DNA of 60,000 bases from Callorhinchus milii (Eukaryota). Positions 12,045-25,245 of this stretch are shown in pieces. The stretch spans positions 106,084,001 through 106,144,000 of the forward strand of contig NW_024704742.1 in NCBI RefSeq assembly GCF_018977255.1, written 5' to 3'. Both the position numbers and the translations under genes were made by a program. Within the stretch, counting starts at the first letter, position 1; each line of letters starts with the position of its first letter. Below the pieces are notes generated by a model, which worked only from the letters and a program-made list of their open reading frames with translations, ran no database searches and was not told the DNA's origin.

Positions 12045-12746
12045 GACTCCCTCCATGTCATGATCCTCTCTGCCTTCCCCCACCTCTGCAACATTGCCCA
12101 GCTCTGCCACTGTCTCACACCACAGGTCGCCGAAACCTTCACACAAGCATTCATAACAGCTAGGCTTGACTATGCAAACTCCTTGCTTGTCGGCCTCCCC
12201 AACTCCTCCCTTCATGGCCTGCAATCATCCAGAACTGTGCAGCCTGTGTTAACTCCCGCACCAGACCCCGTAACCCTATCACCCCCGTTCTTGCCCGACT
12301 CTACTGGCTTCCCATTACACAGAGGATACAGTTCAAGATCCTGGTCCTTACCTTCAAAGCCCTCCAGGATCTTGCTCCCCCTACCTCTATGACCTCCTAA
12401 CCCCCTACCATCCTAGCCGCTCCTTCTGCTCACTGGACTCCGGCCTGTTTCACATTCCCCGCCTTGTCCGCCACACCATTGGTGGGCGGGCCTTCTGCCA
12501 CTCTGCCCCCACCCTTTGGAACTCCATCCAGCAGTCCCTCTGCCTCATCCCCTCCCTTCCCTCCTTCAATACCCATCACAAGACCTTCTGCTTCAACCGT
12601 GCTTTCGATCACCCTGTGGGACATTGCTGTGCGCAATTGGCTGCCGCATTTGCCCACAAATATATAGTCAATTCACTTTACAGTGTGTTCTGTGAAGTGC
12701 TTTGGGACGTCCTCTCGACGTGAAAAGCGCTATATCAAATGCAAGG

Positions 12747-12777
<31 letters not shown>

Positions 12778-12905
12778 CCCCCCTGCCCTCCACTCTCCCC
12801 AATCCCAACCCCCTGCTCAGGTCTCAAACACTGACTGACCAGCACCTTGGGACATCCTCCCGATGTGAAAGTTGCTGTACAAATGTAATTTTGTTGTTGT
12901 TGTTG
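12045..12905 (+). mobile_element. L2 3' fragment interrupted by a SINE
   Basis: HLCNIAQL..LTPQVAETFTQAFITARLDYANSLLVGLP; (TTG)n tail at ~12890-12905. Confidence 0.9.
12616..12775 (+). mobile_element. SINE 3' half nested in L2
   Basis: tgtgggacattgctgtgcgcaattgg...gcgctatatcaaatgcaagga(tta)n; L2 sequence resumes afterwards. Confidence 0.9.
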
Positions 12906-13009
12906 TCCCTTCACTCTTATTTCAGGTGGGGACTGTGTTCAAGGTTTGTTCTTCCATCTTGTTTAGCTAGGTATCCTGGGCAGAATAGGAATAAAATATT
13001 AATATTTTA

Positions 13010-13217
13010 AAATACCCATCCTGGAGGCCCTCTGCCTTTTTCCCTCCCTTGCCTCCTTTAAGGCTTGTTTTAAGGCATTCATCTTTGACTATGCCTTTGT
13101 ACATTCTCCCACCTTCACCCCTCTTGATGCCCACCTTCAGCTCGGGTGCAAACCCTTCATCATCCAGTGCCTTGGGATATCCTATCGCTATATAAATGCA
13201 ATTTGTTGTTGTTGTTA
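13010..13217 (+). mobile_element. L2 3' tail fragment
   Basis: tccagtgccttgggatatcc...gctatataaatgcaatttgttgttgttg. Confidence 0.75.
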
Positions 13218-13957
13218 ATTTCACATATTACAAATTAGACCCCAAAATGAGTATTATGTCTAAAAACATCTTTCTTGATAGTTCTGGCAAAAGTCAGGTA
13301 GGTCCACAGTAATGCAAGTTAGCCTTCGCATTGTAGGCATGTCCTGAGCCATAGCTTAGGGTGGCCCTATCTAGAAAAGTAAAGAAGAATCAAAAAAAGG
13401 ACAAAAGTAAGATCTCAACTGGAAACTCGGAAGCAAAAGTTACCTTAGAAACACTGCAGTTTTCACTCCCACAATATTGTAGGATTGTGGATGTACAGTG
13501 AATGTCATTTTGACTGTCAGTATGGTGGGCTTGACTCAGTTTAAATTACCTAAAGTATTCAAATGTTCAGTTTGCTCATTAGCTTTCATGTGTTGTTGAC
13601 AATGATTCCTGTAAATAGAATCCTCCAAGCGACAATAGACGAACGAGCAGATGATCCCAGTCAGATCAGTCTGACACATTCTATGAACTGGTAAATATGT
13701 TGGGTGGGCCAGGTTTTTGAGATTTGCTGATAAGATTCAGCACACCTGAACACATATTCTATTAAGATAGCATTAGCTAGTGCTCCATCTTCATATCAAG
13801 AAGGCAGAACCAGAGAATTACAGCCATAGAGATACTGTTTAATGTAATTGTTCATGTTGCACATAACATCTCGTGCTATCTGGTGCACATATCTATCTGG
13901 GGCTAGCCAGAAAATAACAGAAAGTTATCCACTATTTGTTGGTAATAGTTGGTAATA

Positions 13958-14200
13958 GCCCCCACCCTTTGGAACTCCATCCCACATTCCCTTCACCTCG
14001 TTCCCTCCCTTGCCTCCTGCAAGGCTCATCTCAAGACCCTCCTCTTCGACCGCACCTATGGCCACCAAACTACCCTCCCTGTCTTCCATCCTCCCTGATC
14101 CCAACCCCCACTGCTCGGGTCAAAATCCCTGACTATCCAATGCCTTGGGATATCCTCCCGATGTGAAAGGGGCTATATAAATGTTATTTTGTGTTGTATT
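13958..14200 (+). mobile_element. L2 3' tail fragment
   Basis: ctttggaactccatccc...tgccttgggatatcctcccgatgtgaaaggggctatataaatg. Confidence 0.82.
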
Positions 14201-14429
14201 GTAAGTTTAGTTGGAGAAATGTAATTTAATGTATTCATTATTTTGTTGAGGAAGAGCTGTTAATGTCAGCTTTGGATGCTGTCATTCCACCACTATCCTG
14301 TACTATGAGAGAGTAGATACAGCTACTTCTGTCCTAATAGAGAAAATAAGTGTATACTCACTCTACAATTACTCCATTGTTACACTGCCAGGAAATAGCA
14401 CCTAATTCCTCCACCAGACTGTCAAAGAG

Positions 14430-14559
14430 AATAATAATAATAATCCTTGCATTTGATATAGCTCCTTATCGGGTCATTGATACTTCTCAAAGCGCTTCAC
14501 AGTATGAAGTGAATAGACTGTATATTTTGTGGGCGAAGTAAGTAAGTAAGTAAGTAAGT
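14430..14559 (-). mobile_element. SINE tail fragment followed by a (GTAA)n microsatellite
   Basis: aataataatccttgcatttgatatagc; gtaagtaagtaagtaagtaagta at ~14538-14560. Confidence 0.8.
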
Positions 14560-14795
14560 ATGTGAGACATTTTGATGTTACAAGGTGCTATTAAAAATGC
14601 ATGTAAAAAAAGGATGCTTCCATATCAGACCTTGATAGCTGTTCATTACTATGATCATATCAATCATCCATTATTTAAATTAAGCTGCAAGCATACTATT
14701 GGGCAAATGTACAATTTTATTATTTTTAATGAAGAAATGTCATGTAGAAAGCTGTTTCATCATGCTTCCTCTTGTAATTTCTTCAAGGAAAAATA

Positions 14796-15094
14796 TTGGG
14801 CAAATTTCCCTACTCAACGCACACTCCTCTGTTTATCTAGCAGTAAGTAGTAACCTGATTGTTAGTCGATTGGCAGATCACTTTTCCGGGGATAATAATT
14901 CCTAAAAAAACTAATAAATTGGTCACTTAATCCATGATTGTTTGTGGGATAGTGCTGTGCACAATTGGCTGCTGTGTTTCGCTCACAAAATATACAGTCA
15001 GTTCACTTCACAGTATATTTTGTGAAGCACTTTGAGATGTCTCGAAGAAGTTATAAAGTCCTAAATCAAATGCAAGAGTTATTATTATTATTAT
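14796..15094 (+). mobile_element. CORE-like SINE, long subfamily, head missing
   Basis: ttgggcaaatttccctactc...cctctgtttatctagcagtaagtag, as in the copy at 39731; (TTA)n tail. Confidence 0.85.
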
Positions 15095-15597
15095 AGTTAA
15101 AAAGATCTGTACCTGAAAGGAAATGATTACCCCATGTGAAGGTTGCTATATAAATGCAAATTGTTGTTGATGACTTCCAAATTTAGAATAAATTTAAGAA
15201 TCATCCGCAATCCTAAGTGATGTTCAATGTCAGGTAAAATGGTCTGAGGCTAAGACTAGTAAGGAATCTCAGACCTGAACCTTCTGTTGCTGGGATGGAT
15301 TGGAAGAAAAAACAAATGATCCACAAATCCTGCTTGATCAGTGAAATAAATGTGACATTAAAGCTATTACAATGACACATATCAATCATTCGTTACTGAA
15401 GTGCCTGTTAAAATGCTGAGGGAAGTACAAAACGTCTTATTTAGTATTAAAAATGATACGTACTTTTGATGTGATGTCTTGCAGCAAAACATTTTGGTTT
15501 ATACAATTAGCTGATTATATGTTTATGACTACTCTTATATCAATCGGGAGGTAATCAGCATCAAGATAGCTCCTCAAACTGTAACAATAATAGCGAC

Positions 15598-15930
15598 AAT
15601 AATAATAATCTTGTATTTGATGTTGTGCCTTATCAAGTCAAAGCATTTCAAACTGCTTTTTTTCTGTAAAGTATGTATCCGAATGTGAGTTGAATGTCCA
15701 ATTAAACTGTTTTCATTGAATTCAAATGAGGGAGGAATGCAGGTAGATATTCTGCTGTTCATAACAGTGCCATGAGATCTTTAATGCCCACCACTACAGT
15801 AACACAGGGTCTCAGTTTAATGTCCCATCTAAAGGACATCACCTTCAACAAAGAAACACTCCCTCAGTACTTAAACCAAATGCATGTTTGAACCCTTTGG
15901 GAATGCTGCCAACTTAGCCAAGTTGCCGCA
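15598..15930 (-). mobile_element. Deu-domain SINE (SacSINE1/AmnSINE1-like), degraded
   Basis: cagtgccatgagatctttaatgcccacc...gggtctcagtttaatgtcccatctaaaggacatcacc is the reverse complement of the Deu domain. Confidence 0.75.
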
Positions 15931-16849
15931 AAACATCGTACTTTTTGATTAACGGTATCACAGCACTATGTGGTGTCTGTGTAATCTGATTTAATATAGT
16001 AGCACACTCTGTTTGCTGTACGATAATTGTAAACCAATTTATTATGATAGATGTACAGAAAAGAAAAGGTCTATAAAAAACATTTCCTCAGAAATGTTAA
16101 TAAGGTCCATATTGTGACATATTTCACTGTCTCGGTTTTAAAACAGAATTCTCATTAATCGTATTTGAAAAGGTTCAGTAGGTTCTTGCACCATATGTAC
16201 CGATCCATCAGTATCATGTTCTGTGCATTGTACATTGTGGATTGAATATACCACTGAACTGACCATAGGCAGAACATACAAATTCAGTCAGATAGACCTG
16301 AAGTACATGTCTACACAGGGGGAAAGGAGGAAAAGCCTGTGAGCTGCACAAGGCTTCTGCTTATGGTACATTGCTGACAACAATAGGAACACATGGAGAA
16401 CATATTGGAGCAGATGTTGGAACTCTGTAATGCCACATGAAAGACTGACATGGTATAAAATAAAATAGGGATTTAATGCACCCAGCTGTACAGGCTGAGT
16501 GTCCATAATGCTTAGTGGGCTGCAACAGCAGGTCTCGTACACTGATTTGAAACAAGTTGTAATTGCCTGCTGCTTTTTCATCAAGATATGGTCAATTTGC
16601 CAGAATTTAAGAGATACATGAGATATTAGAGGCAGCAATTTTGTGGTCCACTATTTTTACTCTATCATTGCATATATAGAAGGAATAACTGTATACCTTC
16701 CGCCTGATATTCCAACATATCTGTGTATCTCACTCTAAATAAAAGCAGCCAGTGACTCACTCAGATGCAGTTAAGTATACGGTGACTCCTGCAGTCTACA
16801 AACATTGTGACTCTTGCAGTCTACAGACATGGTGCTTGCCAATTTGTTT

Positions 16850-17013
16850 AACAACTAGAACAGATTACCAGGAGGGTGGTTGAGGCCAGGACATAGGACT
16901 TGTTTAAAGAGCTGCTTGATGCTGAGATTGGAGGACAGTAGAGTGGGTATTCTGGAGGGATGAGATTAGATGGGCCAAAGGACTTTCTTCATCTAAACCG
17001 ATCTTGTTATCTT
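16850..17013 (+). mobile_element. CR1 3' end
   Basis: NRLPGGWLR/FKELLDA-like motifs and gatgggccaaaggactttcttcatc...atcttgttatcttg tail. Confidence 0.75.
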
Positions 17014-17020
17014 GAAGAAG

Positions 17021-19870
17021 AATAACAACAACAACAAGATTACATTTGTATAGCGCCTTTCACGTCTGGAGGATGTCCCAAGGCCCTGGGCAGAGTACAG
17101 CATTTCAGACTCGAGCTGGGGTCAGGGGGGAGAAGGGAGGGGAGGTGAAGGCAGCTGACCAATGGCATGATCGAAAAGGAGCGTCTTGAAATGAGACTTG
17201 AAGAAGGCTAAGGAGGGGGCGAGGCGGAGTGCCTGGGGGATGGAATTCCAGAGGTTGATGGGGCCTGCTCCGTGCCCCCGACCCACCCGCCCTGCTCGCT
17301 CCACCAGCCAACGGTGGGCGGGTTGGTCGGGGGCATGGAGCAGGCCGGAGCTGGCTGAGCGGAGGGAATGGGCGAGTTGGAAGGGGGTTAGGAGGTCACA
17401 GAGATAGGGTGGGGCGAGGCCATGGAGGGCTTTGTATGTGAGGACCAGGGTCTTGAACTGGATCCTCTGAAGGATAGGGAGCCAGTGGAGTGGGGCGAGA
17501 GTGGGGGAGATGGGGTCAGGGAGTTTGGTGCGGGAGAGGACATGGCTGCAGAGTTCTGGATTATCTGCAGCCTGTGGAGGGAAAAGTTGGGAAAGCTGAC
17601 AAACAGGGCATTTGCATAGTGGAGCCTGGAGGTGATGAAGGCATGAACAAGAGTTTCAGCGGCCTGAGAGGTAAGGTAGTGGCGGAGACGGGCGAAGTTA
17701 CGGAGGTGAGGGAAGGCAGAGCGAGTCATGGCTTGAATGTGGGGGAGAAAAGACAGTTGAGGGTTGAACAAGATACTTAGGTTCCTGACTGGCTGGTGAG
17801 TTGTAGTGTGCAACCATGGAGGTTGATGCTACCAGAGCCTGAGGTGCTGAGGCACTGGTGCGAGCCAATCAGGAGAGTCTCAGTCTTGTTCACATTCAAC
17901 TGTAGGAAATTTACCCTCGTCCAGGACTTGATGTCTGACAGGCAGTCTGTGAGGACAGCAGTGGTCCTGGAGTTGAGGGTGGAGGTAGAAAGATAGAGTT
18001 GGTTGTCATCCACATACATGTGGAAGATGACCCCATCTCTGCGGATGATGTCACCAAGGGGGAGCATGTAGATATTAGAGAGGAGAGGGCCAAGGACAGA
18101 GCCCTGGGGGATGCCAGATGTGACAGTGCGGGGGCTGGAGGAGAAACCGTTAGTGGCGACAAAGTGGAGATGGTGAGAGAGATAGAAATTGAACCAGGCA
18201 AGGGCACATCTGTGAAGATTGAGTAAAGTGGAGAGGAGGTGTATGAGGATGGAGTGGTCGACAGTGCCGAAGACAGCAGAGAGGTTGAGGACAACAAGGA
18301 GGCAGAGGGAGCCCTGATCACAGATGTTCAGAATATCATTAGTGACTTTGACCAGTGCTGTTTGTATGCTGTGGGCAGCCGGAAGCCGGATTGGAGGGGT
18401 TCCAAGAGGGAATGGCAAGAGGGAAAGTAGCGGAGCGGGGACGCGAAGACGCGTTCCAGGACCTTGGAGAGGAATGGAAAGTTCAAGATGGGGTCGTAGC
18501 TGGAGAGGAGGGATGAATCCAGGGAAAGGTTTCTCAGGAGGTGGTGATGACGGCTGTTTTTAGGGGGATGGGAACTGAACCAGTGGACAAGGAGAGGTTG
18601 ATGACATCGGACAGGAGAGGGGACAGAAGGTGAAGCTGGGAGACGAGGAGAGAAGTGGGGATTTGATCGAGGGAGCGGGTGGTGGGTTTGAGTTTGCGGA
18701 CAGTCGTGGTGAGAGAGGAGGGAGAGATAAGGTTGAAGGAGTATAGGGGGGGATGGGTGGGAGGTGAGTCATGAGGGAGAAGTGATGTGGGGGTGGCTGT
18801 GGACGGGGCTGAGGGAGCTGAACATATCTTCTCGATTTTAGATTCGAGGAAGTCCAGCATCTCCTCACAGTTGGAGTTTGAGGAGAGGATGGGAGAGGTA
18901 TGGGAAGGTGGACGGAGGAGACAGTTCGTGGTGGAAAAGAGAAGCCTGGGGTTGTCCTTTGCCTCCAAGATAACTTGGAGTAGAAGGAGGATTTGGCAGA
19001 GGCAAGAGTACAGTAGTAGATCTTGGTGTGGTGAAGCTATATCTGCCGATGAACCGTTAGTTTGGATTTGGTCCAGGCACGTTCGGCAGTTTGCACTTGT
19101 GCTTTGAGGGAACGGAGATGGCTGGTGTACCAGGGGGATTTACGGGAGTATGAGGTAGTTCGGGAAGTGAGAGGAGCAAGGGAGTCCAGGTCAAGAGGGT
19201 GGCCACGGTTGTGGTTGGGGGAGTGGATGAGGAGGGAGAGGTTGAGGGAAAAGAGGAGGGAGGAGAAGTCGGCAGAGGTAGAGCAGGAGAGGATGAAGTG
19301 GAGGTTGAAGTCGTCTAAGATTAGGAGATGTTCAGAGCAGAGGGAGAGGGAAGATAGGAGAGTGGAGATGTCCGAGAGGAAGGTGGGGGAAGGCTTGGGG
19401 GGATGGTAATCAAGGAGGATTTTGAGGGAAAGCCTGGAGGGGTGGTAGAGGGTAAGGTGTTCAAAAGAGGGGAAGGTTCCGGAAGAATAAGGGGAAAGGC
19501 TGAGGTGGGACCGGGAGATGAGAGCCATACCACCGCTATGGCTATGCTGTGGGGTTTCATGAAAGGTGTAACCTGGAGGTGTGGCCTCAACTTGTGGGAA
19601 AGTGTCGCCTGGGGTGACCCAGATTTCGGTGAGGGCGAGGATGTCGTTATTTTCCTTGGCGGTGAGGTCATGAATTCTGAGGGACTTGTTGGTTAATGAG
19701 CAAACGTTCTGCAGACCGATGCGGAGGGGACAGTTAGTGGTGGGAGTGTGGGGGGGAATGAGGGGTGGGAGGGGGTGGGCAGACGGGTTGGATGGGGATG
19801 TGAATGAGGGAGGAAAGATTGGCTCTCGTGGGTGAGGGCCGATGGGTCTTCCAGAGAGAGTGGGGGAAGG
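17021..19870 (-). mobile_element. L2 LINE, near-full ORF2 pseudogene (APE endonuclease plus RT) with internal deletion
   Basis: LQNVCSL..DILALTEIW..LLILDDFNLH..RGHPLDL (APE); [30 protein letters not shown] (RT); frameshifted; (CAA)n tail at 17021. Confidence 0.96.
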
Positions 19871-21197
19871 CACAATGCAAATGTAATTTGTTGTTGCTGT
19901 GACTATTTGAACTCACAATACTGCCTTTCAATATCATTTTACAACAACAACAACTTGCATTTATGTGGGATAGCATCTGAGAATGCTGAAAAGGCCACTT
20001 CAGTTTGTTAAACAGTGACCTTGTTAAGCCATAAAATAAAGTTGTCATTACCCAAGTGCTTTTCAGCTGGGTTTAGGTACTATCACAATTCAGAATTGGA
20101 AGGAGAAGTTAGAGGGGGGATTATTTCAGACACACTTTAATCTTGTTCCCTAATTAAGGAATGAAATGTATTTATGAAGACTGTGATTTTGACCTCTATG
20201 AGTTCCTATCGCTATTCGTTGTAATCAAAACATATTTCATATTTAATTTCTCTGCCTGTCAAAGATTATGTTATGTCATACAATCACATTCTGTTTTTTA
20301 CCATGGCGTTTTAAATAATTGGACATTATAATTAAATCTGCCGCTGTCACTTTTCTTGTTAAAAAGATTAGAGAAGCCGGCAGACCTGCCAGTACCCACG
20401 CCTGAGGTGTTCTTATTGTCAATTGCTACCAATCTGTTTGTGAAAGTGCCCTTAAAAACATTGGTGAAAGTTAGCAATTTATAGCGTCATTCAATTATAA
20501 TGACACATTATATTTACAATGTAATAAATCAGCTTTTATTCATAATGTTCTTACGTTAATGGCACCAGAGTAGAAAATGTACGTTTTGAAATTTACAGAA
20601 GTTAAACAATATTCTTTCCCAGCATTGACTTTTACATATAGTCATAAACCCATTAAGATGAAAGAATCCCTAACTTTTTGTTATAAATTCAAAATAAAAA
20701 TCTTGGAAGTCAACAGAGATGTGTGGGCTCTAAACCACTGACTTATAAAATAACTGTTTGTTAAGTGTGCAGCTGGTTCAGACTATTGATTTTTGTGAAC
20801 AATCTTGGATTTTGTGACTGAAATACTTGCCAAGAGAAAAAGGATAAATCATTCTTTCTGAGATTTGATATTGAGTTTAGCTAGGCCTGATGTTCTGATA
20901 CTTAAATGGTTTTGTCAACAAATACGCTTTTGTGTTTGTTGAGTTTCTGCCAAACAGATAAGAATAGCTGACAATAGGCCAAGGAAGATGCACCTGGTCT
21001 TGAAGATGCACCTGGTGTTGTTGGTCTCAGTAAAGTCTGATCCCAACCACTCTAGACTAGCAACAAGTCTAATAGGAATTGTATCAAAGCCCACGCAAAT
21101 CATAGCAAGGGGGATGTCTTTGTAACATCTCAAACACAACTAACAATGTTGCCTTTGCTTATATAATGCTATCTGAGAAGAAATGGCTTAAGTAGAG

Positions 21198-21510
21198 ATC
21201 ACAAGAACACAAGATTGGTCTGGATGAAGAAGGTCCTTCAGCCGCCAGATCTCGCCCCTCCAGAATACCCACCCTATGCCCCCCATCAAGTTGCTTTTTA
21301 AATGCGTCTAACGTCTTGGCCTCCACAACCTTTCCTGGCAACCTGTTCTACTCGTTGATTATCCTCTACAAAAAGAAAAATGTGCTACTATCTGTTCTGA
21401 AATTGCCCTTTACAACTCTAAATCCTGTGTCCTCTTGTTCTACTGTCATGATAAATCCTAAACTATCGATCTGTGTTTAGTTTTTCATTTCAAATTTTAC
21501 ACACCTATGT
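21198..21510 (-). mobile_element. CR1 3' fragment
   Basis: LPGKVVEAKTLDAFKKQLD; acaagaacacaagattggtctggatgaagaaggtcc tail. Confidence 0.82.
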
Positions 21511-21844
21511 TTGTTGCAAATGGTAAATTGGTCTACAAAAATACACAGTCAATACACTTTGGAATGAATCCTGGAAGTACTTTGAGATGTCCTCCAGATG
21601 TGAAAGGTGCTGTATCAAATGCAAGGTTTATTATTATAGTATTATTATTTTAAAAATCTTTATCACTTCTCCTTTTAACATTCTCTGTTCTAGAGAAAAC
21701 AACATCAGTTTCTCCTATGTTTCCTGATAAATAACACCTCTTATCCATATTCTCATTCTTGCAATGGCCTTATTTATGTTGTGCAGTCCAGTATGCTGTA
21801 TGATTTTGAAGTCAGTGTTGCAGATGTGCTTGTTATGTTGGTGC

Positions 21845-22100
21845 AGACAGACTCCAAATGAAGGATAACGGAGGAAATGCATCATCATGGAAGAATCACT
21901 AAGGACTAGGAAGGTACCAAAGGAAACAAATTTAGCATCTGAATATGGAAAGAGCCAGAAAAACCTCACTCAAGCCATTACAGGCTTATTTGCTTAAAAT
22001 CAATACCTATATTAATGGAACTAGTCTAAGTGGTTTATCATATACCAGCCAATAAAATAATGGTCTTTTTGCAAAGACTTTGTCATACAATATGCCAATA
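21845..22100 (+). mobile_element. Highly degraded CR1 RT fragment
   Basis: IMEESLRTRKVPKE and PSHYRLICLKSIP..ME resemble CR1 IFEKSWRTGEVP...NYRPVSLTSIP. Confidence 0.55.
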
Positions 22101-22849
22101 TAAAGAGGCATGGTAAAGACCGCAAGTTTAGTGATCTAAAATAGTAAAAATATTAAAATATTTAAAATAGTTAAACATTTTGCAAGTGCCTGTGGTCCTC
22201 CGTTTCACCATCAGTGGCAGCGCTTTCAGTCACTATCACCTGAAACTGGAACACTCTTCCTCTATCCGTCCCCTTGCCCCTTCCTTCCCCATCTTCAGGA
22301 TCCTGGCTTAACTCAAATGGCTTTCTGTAAAAGTAGTTTTAGATGTTGCCCGTAAGTTAATAAAAATATACATATTGTTTGCTTGTCCCAAAACAAAACA
22401 TTTTCAAAAGCTTCATAGAAATTTACAAAACAGAAGGAGGGTATTCGACTCATCGAGTCTCCACCTGGTACTCAAAGTAAGCTGTTATGTGCAGATAAAC
22501 CAATGTCCCAAGGCCGTGGGAGGTGTTCAGAGTTGAAAGCCGTGAATAAATATTGACTGAACTACCATTTCATTACGCACTTTACTTCGTTTTACGACAT
22601 TTTGTAGCAGATGTGATGTGAACACATTGAATCTATTATGTAATGTTGCAAAGTTATCCTCATTACACCACACCAACTTTGAGTTTTGCAACAAAAACAA
22701 AAAATATAGCGCCCTTCACTAGGAGTAGCGTCTCGGAGCCTTAAATATAACGCCTTTCATGTTGGATAATGTTTCAAAATGCTTTGCAAATACAGGGGTC
22801 AGACTCCAAGCAAGGGATACAAATATACAATACAAATAAGGTTAAATCT

Positions 22850-23075
22850 AGACTGTTACTTTGAATTAAACCATAAAAATAAGAAAAGCGGATATAAATG
22901 GAAGCAGTCTGTTAGGTAAAGAATAATAAATGCTTGGAGTAATCTACCAAGCAAGGAAAAAGTAGTGAGGTTATTCAAAATACAATTAGATGTCATGATG
23001 GGAGAGTTAATGTATGAGAGGGATGAGCTTTGGAGGCTAAATGGCTTTTTCCCATCTGCAGGATTTCTTATGTTT
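22850..23075 (+). mobile_element. Degraded CR1 3' fragment
   Basis: RIINAWSNLP...FKIQLD; aaatggctttttcccatc...tcttatgtt tail. Confidence 0.65.
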
Positions 23076-24057
23076 GTATCAGAGTTGTCTCTGGTGTCTC
23101 TTGTTATGTTATGCAAAGAAATCCCACCATACTAGTAAATCTTAGATATCTAATCCCGCCAGTGAACCTTGCCATGACCAGTTTCATCAGGAGCAGGGGG
23201 CAAAATTATTAACTCAAACTATCGGGTGGTCACGTTTACGTGCCACTATGTAATGGTCTTTAATTGATCTTTCCCATTGTTTTCAGAGCTGAAAGAAGCC
23301 ATTGTTACATTCAATTCGTTTTTTAATATAGTTTCTCAACCAACCTCAGAAGAATATGACCCAATTCCCTCGTGGTGAATTATTGTAAAAGATCTTGTAA
23401 GTCGACAGGTTGCCCAGCCTTAAGGTAGTTTATGAAGAACAGTTTCCCTGTCATAAGCTCAGAGCAAACCCTTTGCTTGGTAATTGTATGGCGCTGAATC
23501 AATAAACATGAAACCTGAATGAAATTTAATAACACTTGACTGGCCTGATATGTTTCCAGAATTCATTTCCCTTGGAAGATTCATATTTCAGCTGCTGTAA
23601 CTCTTGCTAGGCATTGTACTATTTGAATATAACTGGTCTATAAGTGAATGAGATTATTCTTTCAATACAGGAAATCAAGGTGCCACTGCCGTCTTGTTTC
23701 AGCAGAAATGCACTTGTGTGCAGTCTAGCCTCTTGGTCGTATCATATTCATTCTATCATGAAACAAAGTACAGTTGAGGATTGTGCTGTTCTTTACCAGA
23801 GTCAGACATTCTACTCCCATTCTACTACCAGTTTTAGATTTTTGTACGTGTGCAACAATCTTCAGGTTTTTCTATAAAAATTATTATACCAGTAATACTG
23901 TGTTTGTGTAAGTGTCTCATAACTGGCATTTTGTTAAAAGAGAAACATGAAAATAACCAATGCATGGGGCAAAAGGGTGGATGCTCGTTGGATTGTTCCA
24001 TTGGTAGCAGGCTTTCAGTAATAGTTAATAATAGTTCTTTCTTCCTGTTTGTTTTAT

Positions 24058-24893
24058 AGGGCGCTGGCCTTGGCCCTCTCCTCTTTAATATCTATGTGCT
24101 CCCCCTTGGTGACATCATCCGCAGACATGGGGTCAACTTCCACATGTACGCGGATGACACCCAACTCTATCTTTCTGCCTCCACCCTCAACTCCAGGACC
24201 ACATCAAGTTCTGGATGAGGGCAGATTTCCTACAGTTGAATGTGAACAAGACCGAGGCCTTCCCGATTGGCTCCCACCATCGCCTCAGCACCTCAGGCTC
24301 TGGCAGCATCAACCTCCATGGTTGCACACTACAACTCACCAGCCAGTCAGGAACCTAGATGTCTTGTTCGACCCTCAACTGTCTTTTCTCCCCCACATTC
24401 AAGCCATGACCCGCTCTGCCTTCCCTCACCCCTGTAACATTGCCCGACTCCGCCACTACCTCACCCCTTAGGCCGCTGAAACTCTTGTTCATGCCTTCAT
24501 CACCTCCAGGCTCGACTATGCAAACACCCTGCTTGTCGGCCTTCCCAACTCCTCCCTCCACAGGCTGCAGATAATCCAGAACTCTGCAGCCCTTGTCCTC
24601 TCCCACATCAAACTGCATGACCCCATCTCCCCCACTCTCGCCTGACTCCACTGGCTCTCTATCCTTCAGAGGATCCAGTTCAAGATCCTGGTCCTCACAA
24701 AAGAAAGCCCTCCATGGCTTCACCCCACCCTCCTCTTCAACCATCCCATCGGACACCCCCCTTCCCCTCTCCTCCCTCCCCCCCCCACCCAACCCCAGCT
24801 CGGGTCTAAAATGCCTTGGGACATCCTCTGTCCAGCCTTGGGACATCCTCCCGTCGTGAAAGGTGCTATACAAATGTAATCTTGTTGTTGTTA
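24058..24893 (+). mobile_element. L2 3' fragment with internal deletions
   Basis: [33 protein letters not shown]; closely similar to the reverse complement of ~17420-18100; (TTG)n tail. Confidence 0.93.
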
Positions 24894-25245
24894 TAAAAAT
24901 GCATATATGTATTAACACACTAATGTCAGTTAGCACATTAAATACCTATTCAATTCAATATCTGGAATGTTAATACAGTTACAATGGGATGAACGGCAGC
25001 ATATATGGGATCTCCTGATATTACCAGTGTAGCCATTTATTGTTCCATTGGACATATGGTCATGGTAATGTTCGACCAGAAAATGCACACAGTCACACCA
25101 GTTTATAAGTATATCCTGTGAAGCACTTTCAGATGTCTCAATGAGCTGATAAGGCTCCATGTCAAATGCAAGGATTATTATATTAATGATATCTCTCCTC
25201 ACTCCTCTCGGTATATCTAAATATGTTATTTGTAATCATATTCTT

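Noticed and set aside
19037..19873. 278-aa ORF (and the 213-aa ORF at 17777-18418) as a host gene
   Set aside because: These are L2 APE/RT pseudogene fragments with frameshifts and a deletion.
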